A stretch of 64,000 bases of DNA from assembly GCA_963538065.1 (NCBI GenBank), contig CAUTFL010000003.1, positions 157 through 64,156 on the forward strand. The letters run 5' to 3'. The notes under the pieces are model-generated. The model worked only from the letters and a program-made list of their open reading frames with translations, was not told the DNA's origin and did not search any database. Of this stretch, positions 39,108 through 49,367 are shown one piece after another (positions within the stretch are counted from its first letter, which is position 1; the number at the start of each line of letters is the position of its first letter). Source of the stretch: an uncultured Candidatus Saccharibacteria bacterium (GTDB lineage: Bacteria > Patescibacteriota > Saccharimonadia > Saccharimonadales > Saccharimonadaceae). The translations under genes and the position numbers were made by a program.

Positions 39108-40523
39108 ATGATGAGTGAAAAATTTGATTACGATTTGATAATTATCGGTAGTGGTGCGGCAGGAATGTCGGCGGCAAGAGCGGCGGCAGCTAATAACATT
39201 CGCGTAGCAATTATTGAAAATGAATTAGTCGGCAGCAAATCTGATATTTATCGTGTAGCACAACTCTCGGCTTCTGACATCGCAAATCAATATTATGATG
39301 CGAAGAAGTTTTTACAGCTGAGCAATAATCAAGACACTCTGACCTATAACTATCCTTCCCTCTTCGAAACCATTCAGAAGCGGGTGAAAAAATATATCCT
39401 AGCCAAGAAAAAATCTTTCGCAAATTTCAAAATCGATTTGATTCATGGCGATGCTCATTTTATTTCACCTTACGAGGTAGCCGTAGCGAATAAACGATAT
39501 TCAGCGAAACGTTTTTTGGTCTGCACTGGCAGAAGTATGGATCTTAGTGCAATTTCAGGAATTGAAACTACGAATTACTATTTGCCGGAAGACATCTTTA
39601 TGCGCGTAAAGAAGCTGCCGAAAATCGTCTTAGTAGTGGGCGCCGGAAAGAAAGGAATTGAGACCGCAGAGTATCTCGCCAAAATGGGGTGCAAGGTGAT
39701 TGTAGCAGAAAAAGAAGACGCAATTCTAGAAGGCTACGATAAAGAAGCAACTGAAGTGGTTACAAATAAGTTAGTATCGGGACTAAAAATTAAGATTCTC
39801 ACTAACACAAAAGTTGTAGCAATCCAAAAAGATAAGAATGAAACCGTTTCTAATGGACGTCGAGTGGCCACTGTAAAAGTAACAATGAAACGTGGCGCTG
39901 ACGAGAAGACGGTACGCGTGGAAGCGATTGTTTTTGCGATTAGTAACCGACCTAATACAGAGCTCGGTCTGGAAAATGCAGGTATTAAATTCAGCGAACA
40001 AGGTATCGCAGTAAATGATCAGCTCGAAACTAGCGTGAGTCATATTTTTGCGGCCGGCGACGTAGTGGCAAATCCTTTAAAGCAGTCGGTAGGTTATTCA
40101 ACAGAAAAGGCGGCTTATGAAGGGACACTGGCGGTAAATAATATCTTGAAACGTAATAAATTAACCCTAACCTATCGCCATTTCTCAACCGTATTAAATA
40201 CGACACCAAAAATCGTAACCGTAGGTTTAACAGAAAAAGATTGCTTGTCACGTGGCATTAAATGCAAGATTGTAATAGTACCGGAAATTGAAACCACTCA
40301 TTCCCTAATTGCGGGAGAGAAACTAGGATTTTTGAAGTTAATTTGCGACAAAGACAAGAAACTTCTAGGTGCGACAATTGTAGCGAAGAATGCAGATCTC
40401 ACAGTAATGGAGATCGTGGCTGGCATGTACGGTGATTTAACGCTCTTGGAACACGCTTCAATGCCTCATATCAATGAGAGTTTCTCAGATATCGTGAGAA
40501 TAGCTGCTAAAAATTTGATGTAA
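39108..40523 (+). CDS. Pyridine nucleotide-disulfide oxidoreductase family flavoprotein (Lpd-like, lacking redox cysteines)
   Basis: DYDLIIIGSGAAG, VVGAGKKG.E.A, IFAAGD, C-terminal dimerisation domain. Confidence 0.88.
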   Translation: MMSEKFDYDLIIIGSGAAGMSAARAAAANNIRVAIIENELVGSKSDIYRVAQLSASDIANQYYDAKKFLQLSNNQDTLTYNYPSLFETIQKRVKKYILAKKKSFANFKIDLIHGDAHFISPYEVAVANKRYSAKRFLVCTGRSMDLSAISGIETTNYYLPEDIFMRVKKLPKIVLVVGAGKKGIETAEYLAKMGCKVIVAEKEDAILEGYDKEATEVVTNKLVSGLKIKILTNTKVVAIQKDKNETVSNGRRVATVKVTMKRGADEKTVRVEAIVFAISNRPNTELGLENAGIKFSEQGIAVNDQLETSVSHIFAAGDVVANPLKQSVGYSTEKAAYEGTLAVNNILKRNKLTLTYRHFSTVLNTTPKIVTVGLTEKDCLSRGIKCKIVIVPEIETTHSLIAGEKLGFLKLICDKDKKLLGATIVAKNADLTVMEIVAGMYGDLTLLEHASMPHINESFSDIVRIAAKNLM

Positions 40524-40646
40524 AAACTCATACCTACAGATAGAATAAACTATAGGCGGAGATAAGAGCTGTGGCTTTCATTTTGATATTTAAAATGCCA
40601 AAAAATGAAGAGTTTACACAAAAAAGAACCTGATGGTTCTAAAACT

Positions 40647-40723
40647 TGGTGGCGGGGGTTCGATTTGAACGAACGACCTTTTGGTTATGAGCCAAACGAG
40701 CTACCAGGCTGCTCTACCCCGCG
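40647..40723 (-). tRNA. Initiator tRNA-fMet(CAT)
   Basis: CGCGGGGTAGAGCAGCCTGGTAGCTCG start, unpaired position 1:72, anticodon loop CTCATAA, CCA end. Confidence 0.92.
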
Positions 40724-40767
40724 ACGTATGTAGCTATTATAATCTACAACGATTTTTCTGTCAAATA

Positions 40768-41628
40768 TTAACTGATTAGTTCTAATTCTATCTTAATATC
40801 CTGAAGTAAATTCTGGATTTGAGTCTCTTTTATTTGAGTCCAATAAGCTTTATCTACGATGTAGCCACAATTATCAAACAATAATTCATCTGAAATTTCT
40901 ACATTGTCGGATATTTGTTTGTAAATTCTGTGCACAATTTCTGCGTGTAAAATTTTCGATTTAAACTCTTGGATATTTTTCTCTAGTGCGGTTTTCTGTA
41001 ATGGTTTTTCGTAGAACACTTCTTTTTGCAGGCCATAAAAATCTTCGTTAGCTGAAAAATCGGAATAGGTATCATTACCGAGCAAAAATACGTTCGAATT
41101 ATCCGTGTATAAAATTTGATCTAGAATCAAAGACAAGTAATACAGAAGACAGGTAGCCGTGGGAGCTAATTCCTTAGTAATATTATGAAAATACAAAATA
41201 ACTTTCAAACTATCCGAGTTCTTTCGTCTTTTGACGAAAAAATAATTAACTTCATCCGAAATTTGACCCTTTCGAAAATCTGAGGTGTGCATATATGAAT
41301 AAAGTTTTGTTTTTATACTGTCTGTTTTCTCATTGTTCATTTTAAATTTAAGAGAAATTCGTTTGATGGCTCGATTGATAGATTCGTCACTCACCAGCGA
41401 ATCATTTAAGAAATTTTGCATATCAAAAACCAACTTTTCATGCTTAGGTTTAAATTTGAATACAGAGATATTTTCATAAATATCTGCATGATATTCAAAA
41501 TCTACGCCTTCGAATAATCCAAGTTCAATGGTTTTTTTATAAATCAAATCACTAACGTAGTGAATGTACGCGTTGGCAGTAATTCTATCTTCTGCTTGTT
41601 TGATTATCTTCTGTTCGTTCATATCCAA
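40768..41628 (-). CDS. Hypothetical protein
   Basis: 286-aa AT-rich ORF directly downstream of the pilin operon. Confidence 0.7.
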   Translation of the reverse strand: MDMNEQKIIKQAEDRITANAYIHYVSDLIYKKTIELGLFEGVDFEYHADIYENISVFKFKPKHEKLVFDMQNFLNDSLVSDESINRAIKRISLKFKMNNEKTDSIKTKLYSYMHTSDFRKGQISDEVNYFFVKRRKNSDSLKVILYFHNITKELAPTATCLLYYLSLILDQILYTDNSNVFLLGNDTYSDFSANEDFYGLQKEVFYEKPLQKTALEKNIQEFKSKILHAEIVHRIYKQISDNVEISDELLFDNCGYIVDKAYWTQIKETQIQNLLQDIKIELELIS

Positions 41629-41633
41629 GATTA

Positions 41634-42896
41634 TTATTCTGGATTGGCGTAGTCATCATTTTCCAGATAATCAGGACAGGTATCCTTATCGCCATCTTCC
41701 ATATACCAACAGTTTTTCGTGGTATAGAAAGTTTTACGAGTGACATTGTTTTTATCATCGTTTAGCTGTACGGCAAATTCTGGGTATGGGAAATAATTAT
41801 CGATTAATTCGACGCGAGCCTCGATGCGGCGATATAAGGTATTGGCACGACCAGTGGAATCGACCTTAGCTTGCACGCCAGTAAAGTCAATCGGATTGCG
41901 CTTGGCGTCGTAAAGTGAAATGGCAAAATCAGTGTCAGGTGCGCCATAAGGAAGTGATAATACCAAGAAAGTAGCACCGGTATTACGATCATTAGAATTG
42001 TGGAATGTGTTCGGTACTTCAAAAGTGAGTGAACAGAAGAAATTACCTTCCTGACACTTAACATAGAAAAGTTCATTCTTGTGTTTATCAAAGGTACGAG
42101 AAACTTCACTAGCTCTAATTTCATTAGTACCATTCTTGCTTGGTCTTAAATACATCGTTCCCTGATCGGTAGAATTATCACCGCTGGCAGTAATTAGGTC
42201 ACTCATCTTAAAGTTTTTATCGGCTTGATAAAATGAGGCATTGATTAGTGGCGGTACTAAGGAATACTGACCGGATGGAAGAGAGGCGTTTTCACTCCAA
42301 GATAGCTGATGGCCGTTACTTAGGAGCTTAGCGTAATTAGTGTCAGAGAACCACTTAATATTGACGTATTTTAATTCTTTAATTTTGTCACTGCGAATTG
42401 GCACAATGCGGAGACGATTTTCACTGCTGAGTGAAGAACGATAATCACTCAGGTCTTCCTGAAGTGTTACACAAGTATAGGCCTGCATCATATCAGCACC
42501 ACGACCCTGGTCGAGATTCTTATTCTTTACTTCCTGAATAGTGACACCTTTTTGTTCATCAGTGGTGCGACTGAGGACATTAGCGACAGTGTTGCAGTCT
42601 TGATTTTTGATACCATTTTGCATGGCTTCGATAATTTCTTTACAGTTGGTATCGGAGCCACCTTCTTGGTAGCGGTTCAAACATTCATGATATTTAAGAA
42701 GTGCAACCTTGGCGTCTTCTACGCCAGCAAGTGCGGAATCGTAGGCGGATTTGGAAAGGTCAGAATTACTAGTTTGGCCAGCTTCAGAAAGAGTGAGGCG
42801 CACAAAACCAACCACAATAATACTAAATAAAAGCATGGCAAAAATCGTCACAATAATGGAAGTAGAACCGCGTTTAGTGATTAATAGTTTTTTCAT
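41634..42896 (-). CDS. PilX-like minor pilin
   Basis: KRG|STSII hydrophobic helix without E5, SAYDSALAGVED, DSTGRAN..YRRIE. Confidence 0.8.
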   Translation of the reverse strand: MKKLLITKRGSTSIIVTIFAMLLFSIIVVGFVRLTLSEAGQTSNSDLSKSAYDSALAGVEDAKVALLKYHECLNRYQEGGSDTNCKEIIEAMQNGIKNQDCNTVANVLSRTTDEQKGVTIQEVKNKNLDQGRGADMMQAYTCVTLQEDLSDYRSSLSSENRLRIVPIRSDKIKELKYVNIKWFSDTNYAKLLSNGHQLSWSENASLPSGQYSLVPPLINASFYQADKNFKMSDLITASGDNSTDQGTMYLRPSKNGTNEIRASEVSRTFDKHKNELFYVKCQEGNFFCSLTFEVPNTFHNSNDRNTGATFLVLSLPYGAPDTDFAISLYDAKRNPIDFTGVQAKVDSTGRANTLYRRIEARVELIDNYFPYPEFAVQLNDDKNNVTRKTFYTTKNCWYMEDGDKDTCPDYLENDDYANPE

Positions 42897-42898
42897 TA

Positions 42899-43813
42899 TT
42901 ACTCTCCTTTTCTATTTTGACCTGATGTCCTAGCGGAAAAATTAAATTTATTGATGGCGCAATAATTGAAGCTAGAAGACAAGCCCATTTCTGGTGGTGT
43001 CTTGCAAAATTCGCCGGTGCCAGTGATATCCACATTGCCACGCAAGGTAGCTAAAATGAAAGTACCACTATAAAAATTCTGCATGGTGAGAGCATGTTCT
43101 GTCGGCGCGAAGATGGTGAAATCATACAGCGCAATATCTTCGTTGTTCTTTTTCATAACCTCTTTATATTCAGCGCCAGTGAGTCTATAAGTTGGGGCGA
43201 TATCGGCCACTTGATAAACACGATTATTATTAGCGGCGGCTTCCATATGAGAACGACAAATAGCGCGATCGGAATCTTCAATTTTAATTAAACGATAATC
43301 GTCAATTTCCGTGTCGCCATTACTGAAAGTAGCGCGACTACCGCTCATAATTTCGTAATCCGTGGGATTTAACACATAACCAGTATTCCAAAGATAGGTG
43401 TAACGACCAGAACAGAAGACGCCAGAAAGCGGTACGCTCTCGAGTAGTTTGCCAGTTTGTTTGGCCTTGATAGTACCGTAGTTTTGCTGATAAACATAAA
43501 GTCTAGCTTGATCCTGCAAACATTTATTCATCTCGTTATTGTTTGAAGCATATTCGACACGGCAAATATCAGAGAGGGAGCGGGCGGGAGCCGTAGCAAT
43601 CCCGCGTTGAAAATCATCCACCAGTAGTCGTGAAGTGGAATTAATTGCGTTCATGGTATTCCCTTTTTGATAAATCGTAGAGAGGTGTACTGCGACAAAA
43701 ATTACCGAAAGTAGTAGAATTGAAATAAACATCAAGGAGAGAGTCACTTCGATAATAGTAAAACCAGAAGGGGTTTGATTATTGGTTTTTGATCGTATAG
43801 TTTTTTGACGCAT
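42899..43813 (-). CDS. Minor pilin (PilW-like)
   Basis: G|FTIIEVTL class III signal. Confidence 0.85.
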   Translation of the reverse strand: MRQKTIRSKTNNQTPSGFTIIEVTLSLMFISILLLSVIFVAVHLSTIYQKGNTMNAINSTSRLLVDDFQRGIATAPARSLSDICRVEYASNNNEMNKCLQDQARLYVYQQNYGTIKAKQTGKLLESVPLSGVFCSGRYTYLWNTGYVLNPTDYEIMSGSRATFSNGDTEIDDYRLIKIEDSDRAICRSHMEAAANNNRVYQVADIAPTYRLTGAEYKEVMKKNNEDIALYDFTIFAPTEHALTMQNFYSGTFILATLRGNVDITGTGEFCKTPPEMGLSSSFNYCAINKFNFSARTSGQNRKGE

Positions 43814-43821
43814 AAATTAAT

Positions 43822-44694
43822 CTAACCTCTCTTCATGTAGTCCGGATTATATAAACGAATGATGGTACCAATGGTGGTCGGGACGGTTTCTCCTGGGCCA
43901 TACCAACAGGTGCGAATATGAAAATCGTAAAATTCTGGAGGGTAATTCTTATCCATATCTTCACGATATTTAGCGTCGAAATGGGCGCTAGATGGAACGT
44001 TAGTAAAGTCACGCACAGCTACAATCCAAATGCCTTCGGCGCGATAAAGGTTATTAAAAACTGGGGTGGTTTTGTAATTAGTACCGTCATTAATTTCATT
44101 CAGATTAGTAGTTTCGGTGTCTTCCCCGTTCGAAGTCCCGGCCGTAGAAGTCGAAGAGAAAACTAGGCGAGGAGCCAGTGGTGCTTCTTGAAAAATTTCT
44201 GGATGATCTTTGGCGGAAAGAATAGTATTTTCTGGATCAGAAGCTTTGAGCTTACGGGTGTTTAGAATAAAGGCCTTATCGGTAAAGATATTATGATTGT
44301 CGCCCACGATATTGTTTTTGTCGTAATATTCGGAGCATTTATTGGCTTCAAATTTAGAAATATCAGTCGGGCTATTGGACATACCATTATTAAAACTAGT
44401 CAAGCGATCCCAAATCGCACGGTATTCCTGCCATTTGCCAGAGTCGTCCTGGACACTAGTTTTAACCAAAGCACGCTCAGAAATATAGGACTCATGAATA
44501 AAACGCAGAGCCTCAGCTTGAGCATCAATTTCATTGCGCACCGTAGTAATTTGCAAGGAATTTTGGATTTTTGCGTAACTACGATTCATCATGGAAACCG
44601 AAATGGCAGAAACTAAAATAAAAACTACAAAACAAAAAGTTACTTCGATGATAGTGTCACCACGACGACTAATGAATGGCTTTAACTTCGACAT
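43822..44694 (-). CDS. Minor pilin (PilV-like)
   Basis: RRG|DTIIEV signal, QAEALR. Confidence 0.8.
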   Translation of the reverse strand: MSKLKPFISRRGDTIIEVTFCFVVFILVSAISVSMMNRSYAKIQNSLQITTVRNEIDAQAEALRFIHESYISERALVKTSVQDDSGKWQEYRAIWDRLTSFNNGMSNSPTDISKFEANKCSEYYDKNNIVGDNHNIFTDKAFILNTRKLKASDPENTILSAKDHPEIFQEAPLAPRLVFSSTSTAGTSNGEDTETTNLNEINDGTNYKTTPVFNNLYRAEGIWIVAVRDFTNVPSSAHFDAKYREDMDKNYPPEFYDFHIRTCWYGPGETVPTTIGTIIRLYNPDYMKRG

Positions 44695-45695
44695 GGATTT
44701 TCCTCACTATCAATATCAATCAATTCAACAGCTGTAGAATTACTACCATCAGCGTGAATACGAATAGCGCGACGACCAATACTATTCAAGGAATGATTTT
44801 CTGAGCCAACGCAAATATCGAGATCTTTTTTGTTCTGAAGTTTAACATTTTCAAGATAAAGACCTTTAGATTCAGAGTGATTTAGGGTGCCAAAGGCAGG
44901 ATAAAGACCAGCATCAGCCACCACACTAGTGACGGAACCAATGCCGCCATATTCACAGCTACCATTGCCGACATATTCGTTATTCACTTTTCGCATGAAT
45001 TGATTAATGTTAAAAGTTTTGCCTTTTTCATCATAAATATAGGTATGGACAGTACCAGAAATTGGTGAGCGAGTAACGAGAAATGCCCCGACGAACGGAT
45101 CATGATTTTCAGTATTTTCAATACGAGCCTGCCAAAGTGGTTCGTAAACATCGTAATTACCAGCAGTAGTCATTCGACAAGTATTAGCCTCGCTCTTCAT
45201 GGTGATGACATTAGCGCCAATACTCCTAAGTGAAACCAGAGCGTTATCACCAGAGGCATTTTCAATATCAAGATTTTGAGTGTAAATATGACCAATTACA
45301 TCATAAATATGGACATTATGATCAGGCTGATTAGTCTCAGGATTGGTCTCGCCAAAAGTAACTAATTTACCATAGACCGCACAGCGAGTACGACCTGCAA
45401 AATTATCTGAAGTAGAATTAGAAACTAGCCCACCGTTTTCATTCCACATAGTATTAAGCGTGCAATAAATACTACTGCCTTCATCGGCTTCACGGGGATT
45501 TTTCACATTAATTACCGAAGAATAGACCGACTTAAGCGTAGCCGAAAGTTCATTATAAGAATCAATGTAACGGCGATTATTAATATTGCCGGAAAGAAAA
45601 CCCATGACGGAAACCACGAGCAGACCAGTAATCGCCAAAACAAGCGTTACCTCAATAATCGTAAAGCCTGACCTCCACCAAGTTTTCTTTTTCAT
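44682..45695 (-). CDS. Minor pilin (FimU-like position)
   Basis: G|FTIIEVTLVLAITGLL signal; first gene of the four-gene operon. Confidence 0.85.
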   Translation of the reverse strand: MKKKTWWRSGFTIIEVTLVLAITGLLVVSVMGFLSGNINNRRYIDSYNELSATLKSVYSSVINVKNPREADEGSSIYCTLNTMWNENGGLVSNSTSDNFAGRTRCAVYGKLVTFGETNPETNQPDHNVHIYDVIGHIYTQNLDIENASGDNALVSLRSIGANVITMKSEANTCRMTTAGNYDVYEPLWQARIENTENHDPFVGAFLVTRSPISGTVHTYIYDEKGKTFNINQFMRKVNNEYVGNGSCEYGGIGSVTSVVADAGLYPAFGTLNHSESKGLYLENVKLQNKKDLDICVGSENHSLNSIGRRAIRIHADGSNSTAVELIDIDSEENPCRS

Positions 45696-45760
45696 AACTA
45701 AATTATAGCATAAGAGGTTATAATATATAAAAGAAAAATACCAAATTAACCTGGAGCTTT

Positions 45761-47248
45761 ATGGCGGAATTTCCAAATTTTAATCGAATCGAAAATAGGG
45801 GTCAGGAAGAAAACCCTTTTGAAAAATTAACTAATCTTGAAAATCAATTTAATCCGGAATTGGCACGCGAAAAATTTGAACAGGCGAACCCGGAAAATAA
45901 AATTGAGACGACAAGAGAATCTGTTTTTAATAATTCTGAAAATACAGCGGAAAAATTAAAAGAGGATGAAATTTCGGAATTAATAGCTAGTGCAGATTTG
46001 ACGGTTTATGAACGCCTAAATCCGACCAACGCCAGAGAAGCGAAAGAAGAATTTTTAAATAATCCAGATTTGGTTCATCCGAACTATGAATATGGAAATT
46101 TAAATAAACAAGAAATCGAAAATAATTTGGATAGTCTTAAAAAAGCAAAAGCGGAACTTGAAAGTGCAGAATTATCCAGCGGAAAACGTAGGCTGTTGGA
46201 ATATTTGGCCGATGACTGTTTTAAGAAAAATGATTTTTTGGTAGCTAATTTAGCTTATAATTCAGTCACGCAACCAGAGACCAAAAAGCTCGCAGCAGAA
46301 CATCATAAAGAGGCTAACGAAGAACTTTATGGCAAGCCAGACGAGGGGACTTTTTACGCACTACTAAATGAAAAAATTGATCAAATTAAGGCACAGGATC
46401 TGACCGATGAGCAAAAACAAAGTTTTGCCGAGCTGCTCGATAAAATTGGGCCAATGCCAGAAACCAGAAGCGAAAGGTTTAAGCCAAAGCCGGAAACCAT
46501 TGAACGTTTCGCGGAGATGACAAACGAATTTTTTGGCAGTTTCTTGCAACATATTCCAGAAGACCAAGAAAAATTTAGTTCGCAAGAAATGGTAAATATC
46601 GTTAATGAAATTATTGAAGAAGAGCTAAATGAGGATGGCAGCAATCCGTATCGTGCAGAAATCAAAGCTGGGGCGACCAATGCTTCAGCCGATCACGAGG
46701 AACGCCGGATTTATTTTCCAGAAGATAAAACCTATAGCGCCAAGCGAGCTCGCGGTCTAATCGTACATGAACTGGGGACTCACGTACTGCGCGCGGTTCC
46801 CTACGTAGACCATGAAGTGGAGGCATTTTCGACCGGTTTTCCAAATAACGAAGAGTTCGACGAGGGCGTAGCGAAGGCGGTAGAGCAGGCGATTAACGGC
46901 AAATATGAAGATTCGGGAATTGATCATTATATTAATATTGGTTTAGCTAATTTTAAGGGCAAGAATTTTCGTGAAGTTTATGAAATTCAATGTAAATTGC
47001 GTGAATTAACGGGTGGTAAAATTGAACCAGTTTTCAATGCGGTACAGCGCTGTTTTCGTGGAACGGGTGAGCTACCAAATAACAAAGATTTAGCCTACTA
47101 CAATGGCGCAAATCGAGTCTGGAAACATATCGAAGACCATATCGATGACATCGAATTATTCGACCAACTTTTCTTATCGGGAAAAATTGACTACCAAAAC
47201 GAGCAGCAAGAACAAATTTCTTACGAAGCCAGAACCAAAGGAATTTAA
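45761..47248 (+). CDS. DUF1704-like metallopeptidase
   Basis: LIVHELGTHVLR...EGVA, RCFRG, KDLAYYNG, LSGK. Confidence 0.8.
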   Translation: MAEFPNFNRIENRGQEENPFEKLTNLENQFNPELAREKFEQANPENKIETTRESVFNNSENTAEKLKEDEISELIASADLTVYERLNPTNAREAKEEFLNNPDLVHPNYEYGNLNKQEIENNLDSLKKAKAELESAELSSGKRRLLEYLADDCFKKNDFLVANLAYNSVTQPETKKLAAEHHKEANEELYGKPDEGTFYALLNEKIDQIKAQDLTDEQKQSFAELLDKIGPMPETRSERFKPKPETIERFAEMTNEFFGSFLQHIPEDQEKFSSQEMVNIVNEIIEEELNEDGSNPYRAEIKAGATNASADHEERRIYFPEDKTYSAKRARGLIVHELGTHVLRAVPYVDHEVEAFSTGFPNNEEFDEGVAKAVEQAINGKYEDSGIDHYINIGLANFKGKNFREVYEIQCKLRELTGGKIEPVFNAVQRCFRGTGELPNNKDLAYYNGANRVWKHIEDHIDDIELFDQLFLSGKIDYQNEQQEQISYEARTKGI

Positions 47249-47253
47249 GCAGA

Positions 47254-47280
47254 AAAAATACCCCAAATTCGGGGTATTTT
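47254..47280. terminator. Bidirectional intrinsic terminator
   Basis: AAAATACCCC-AAATTC-GGGGTATTTT between convergent genes. Confidence 0.8.
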
Positions 47281-47283
47281 ATG

Positions 47284-47853
47284 TTAGGAAAAATATCGAA
47301 TATTATCACCGATGATTAACAGTGGTAAACCGAGAATAAGAGCTCCGACCATCATTAAAACAAAAGCATAATTAAAAATACTTACCAGTCTGGACCATCT
47401 TCTAATAAAACGGCTCGAGGCGCGAAACATCATTTGTAGATATCCTACCAAGAAAATCACGTTTATTAAGAAAAAATATTGCATAGCAGTTTTCGAAGAA
47501 TTGAGAATTTCAAATCCGATAATAGCTAAAATTGTGGTCATACTTACAATATTAGCGTAAGCATAGTTACCCCTAACTTCTGGGCCAGTATTTTCCCAGA
47601 CCGCCTGCTCAGGTAACTTAAATAGTAAGACTACCGAAATAGCAATCATTAAAACTGAGCCCAAAATCAGAGCCAGTAACCCTAGGCCATTACGATACAA
47701 TAAATCAATCGCGATGAGGATTGGTGTACCAAAAATTCTAAGCAGATTAGAAGCATCGAAAATATCGACTTGCTCTTTTAACTTTTCGGCCTGAGTTTTT
47801 TCTTCCTCGTATTGTAACTTCCTTAAATTCTTGAATTCGTCAATTTCTATCAT
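47284..47853 (-). CDS. Hypothetical membrane protein
   Basis: Four to five TMs, GGAGG RBS. Confidence 0.75.
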   Translation of the reverse strand: MIEIDEFKNLRKLQYEEEKTQAEKLKEQVDIFDASNLLRIFGTPILIAIDLLYRNGLGLLALILGSVLMIAISVVLLFKLPEQAVWENTGPEVRGNYAYANIVSMTTILAIIGFEILNSSKTAMQYFFLINVIFLVGYLQMMFRASSRFIRRWSRLVSIFNYAFVLMMVGALILGLPLLIIGDNIRYFS

Positions 47854-48081
47854 ACTTCCCTCCCTTATGTAAAAACTAAAAATGAATTAGAAACAAGATG
47901 CACCTGATACTTTGTGGTATTTTTCCTCCTTTCAAGGTGCGACTTTATATAAATTATTAAGTGAATTTATATAATAATATCTATATATTATACATTAAAA
48001 TGATTATTTTGTCAATCAAGCATATCAAGACCAGTAAAAAAGACTGCGTGACGCAGCCTTTTGGGAGGTTATTTACAATAA

Positions 48082-48801
48082 TTAATTTCTAACACTGTCT
48101 AGTACCTTGAATAACTCCTTGGATGGCATTAGACTATAAAAGCTAAAGCCGCCACTCGGTTTTGGCAAGGATTTAACACCGTAATGAGCCCATATTTGAG
48201 CCGCTTTCTTATTATCATAACTGTTATCCCACCAATCTGGTCGAAGAGAATCCCCGTTTGGTATAAAATATGCCTCGATATTTTCCAGGCGTTTTTCAGG
48301 TTCCCATCTGCCAATCAGACCGAGTTGATTACAGTATAATAATGGGTCATTTCTCATACAATCAGTGGAAGACTGCTTGATTGCGGCTATCACTTCGTCA
48401 TTGTGCGGGTTCGGATCATCGGCAAAAAAAGGAATTTTACTAAAATACCATAAACGTGATAAATGTGTATGGAATACCCTTTGAATAAATCGCATAGCGG
48501 TACAGGGTGCCCCACCTATGAAAAATATTCTCACAATTTGACTTGGCCGATACAAAGCCATCTCATATGCGACAGCGGCGCCAAAACCACCCTGAGCATG
48601 AATTTCAAATTTTCCTTCATGTTGGTCAAAGAAATCAGCTACACTCTCCCGTATACCGTCAGTAACAGACCGATTACCGTTATACTGGAAAATTTGCACC
48701 TGGTTAGTGGCATAATGACAAGAAACATCGTTTGCATACCATGATTCGGTGTCCACAGAGTCACCCTCTGCGGGTATAATTAGAATATTAATATCCTTCA
48801 C
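48082..48801 (-). CDS. Alpha/beta-hydrolase-like (thioesterase-like) protein
   Basis: AQGGFGAAVAYEMA...RIFFIGGAP; start moved to GTG 48801 to fit the GGAGG RBS. Confidence 0.6.
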   Translation of the reverse strand: MKDINILIIPAEGDSVDTESWYANDVSCHYATNQVQIFQYNGNRSVTDGIRESVADFFDQHEGKFEIHAQGGFGAAVAYEMALYRPSQIVRIFFIGGAPCTAMRFIQRVFHTHLSRLWYFSKIPFFADDPNPHNDEVIAAIKQSSTDCMRNDPLLYCNQLGLIGRWEPEKRLENIEAYFIPNGDSLRPDWWDNSYDNKKAAQIWAHYGVKSLPKPSGGFSFYSLMPSKELFKVLDSVRN

Positions 48802-48989
48802 TACTATCACCTCCTGTTAAGATGCAACCCCCTTTTTATATTATAACATATTTAATAATTTATGCAAAAAATAGAGCCATAGACTAACTTACGAGAGGTA
48901 GATAAGGGGTTATTGCTTAGATTTCTACATCAAAAAAATATACCCGGACTAAACGCCCGGGTACATAGGTTTTATAAAGGAAGTATTTC

Positions 48990-49367
48990 TCAATTAGAAA
49001 CAAGAGTAAAAGTTCCTTTACGGCTCTTGCTGTTATAGTAAGCCGTAAATCGGCGATACTGATAACGGCAAACACCATCATTCCGAATGTGATAATCTAT
49101 ATCTACTTTACAGTAACCTTCTAGGTTAAAGCTCTCCCCAGAAGCGTCTTCATGCTGAATTCCGGTTATCACAGTATCGGTAATTTGCATAGGTAGATAC
49201 AGCTTAATGGCATCATTACTGTGGCTTGAACAACTCTGTGAAATAGAGAAATTCACATGGACATTCGCATCCGTACTATAAGCGTAAAGACACGAATCAA
49301 ACAAAACACTCTTGCTTGGTCCGTTAATGATACTAAAACAATTGGTTACACTCTTACTTGTATTCAT
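48990..49367 (-). CDS. Hypothetical protein
   Basis: 125-aa ORF with AGGAGGT RBS and an upstream TTGACA-17-TAGAAT promoter. Confidence 0.75.
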   Translation of the reverse strand: MNTSKSVTNCFSIINGPSKSVLFDSCLYAYSTDANVHVNFSISQSCSSHSNDAIKLYLPMQITDTVITGIQHEDASGESFNLEGYCKVDIDYHIRNDGVCRYQYRRFTAYYNSKSRKGTFTLVSN

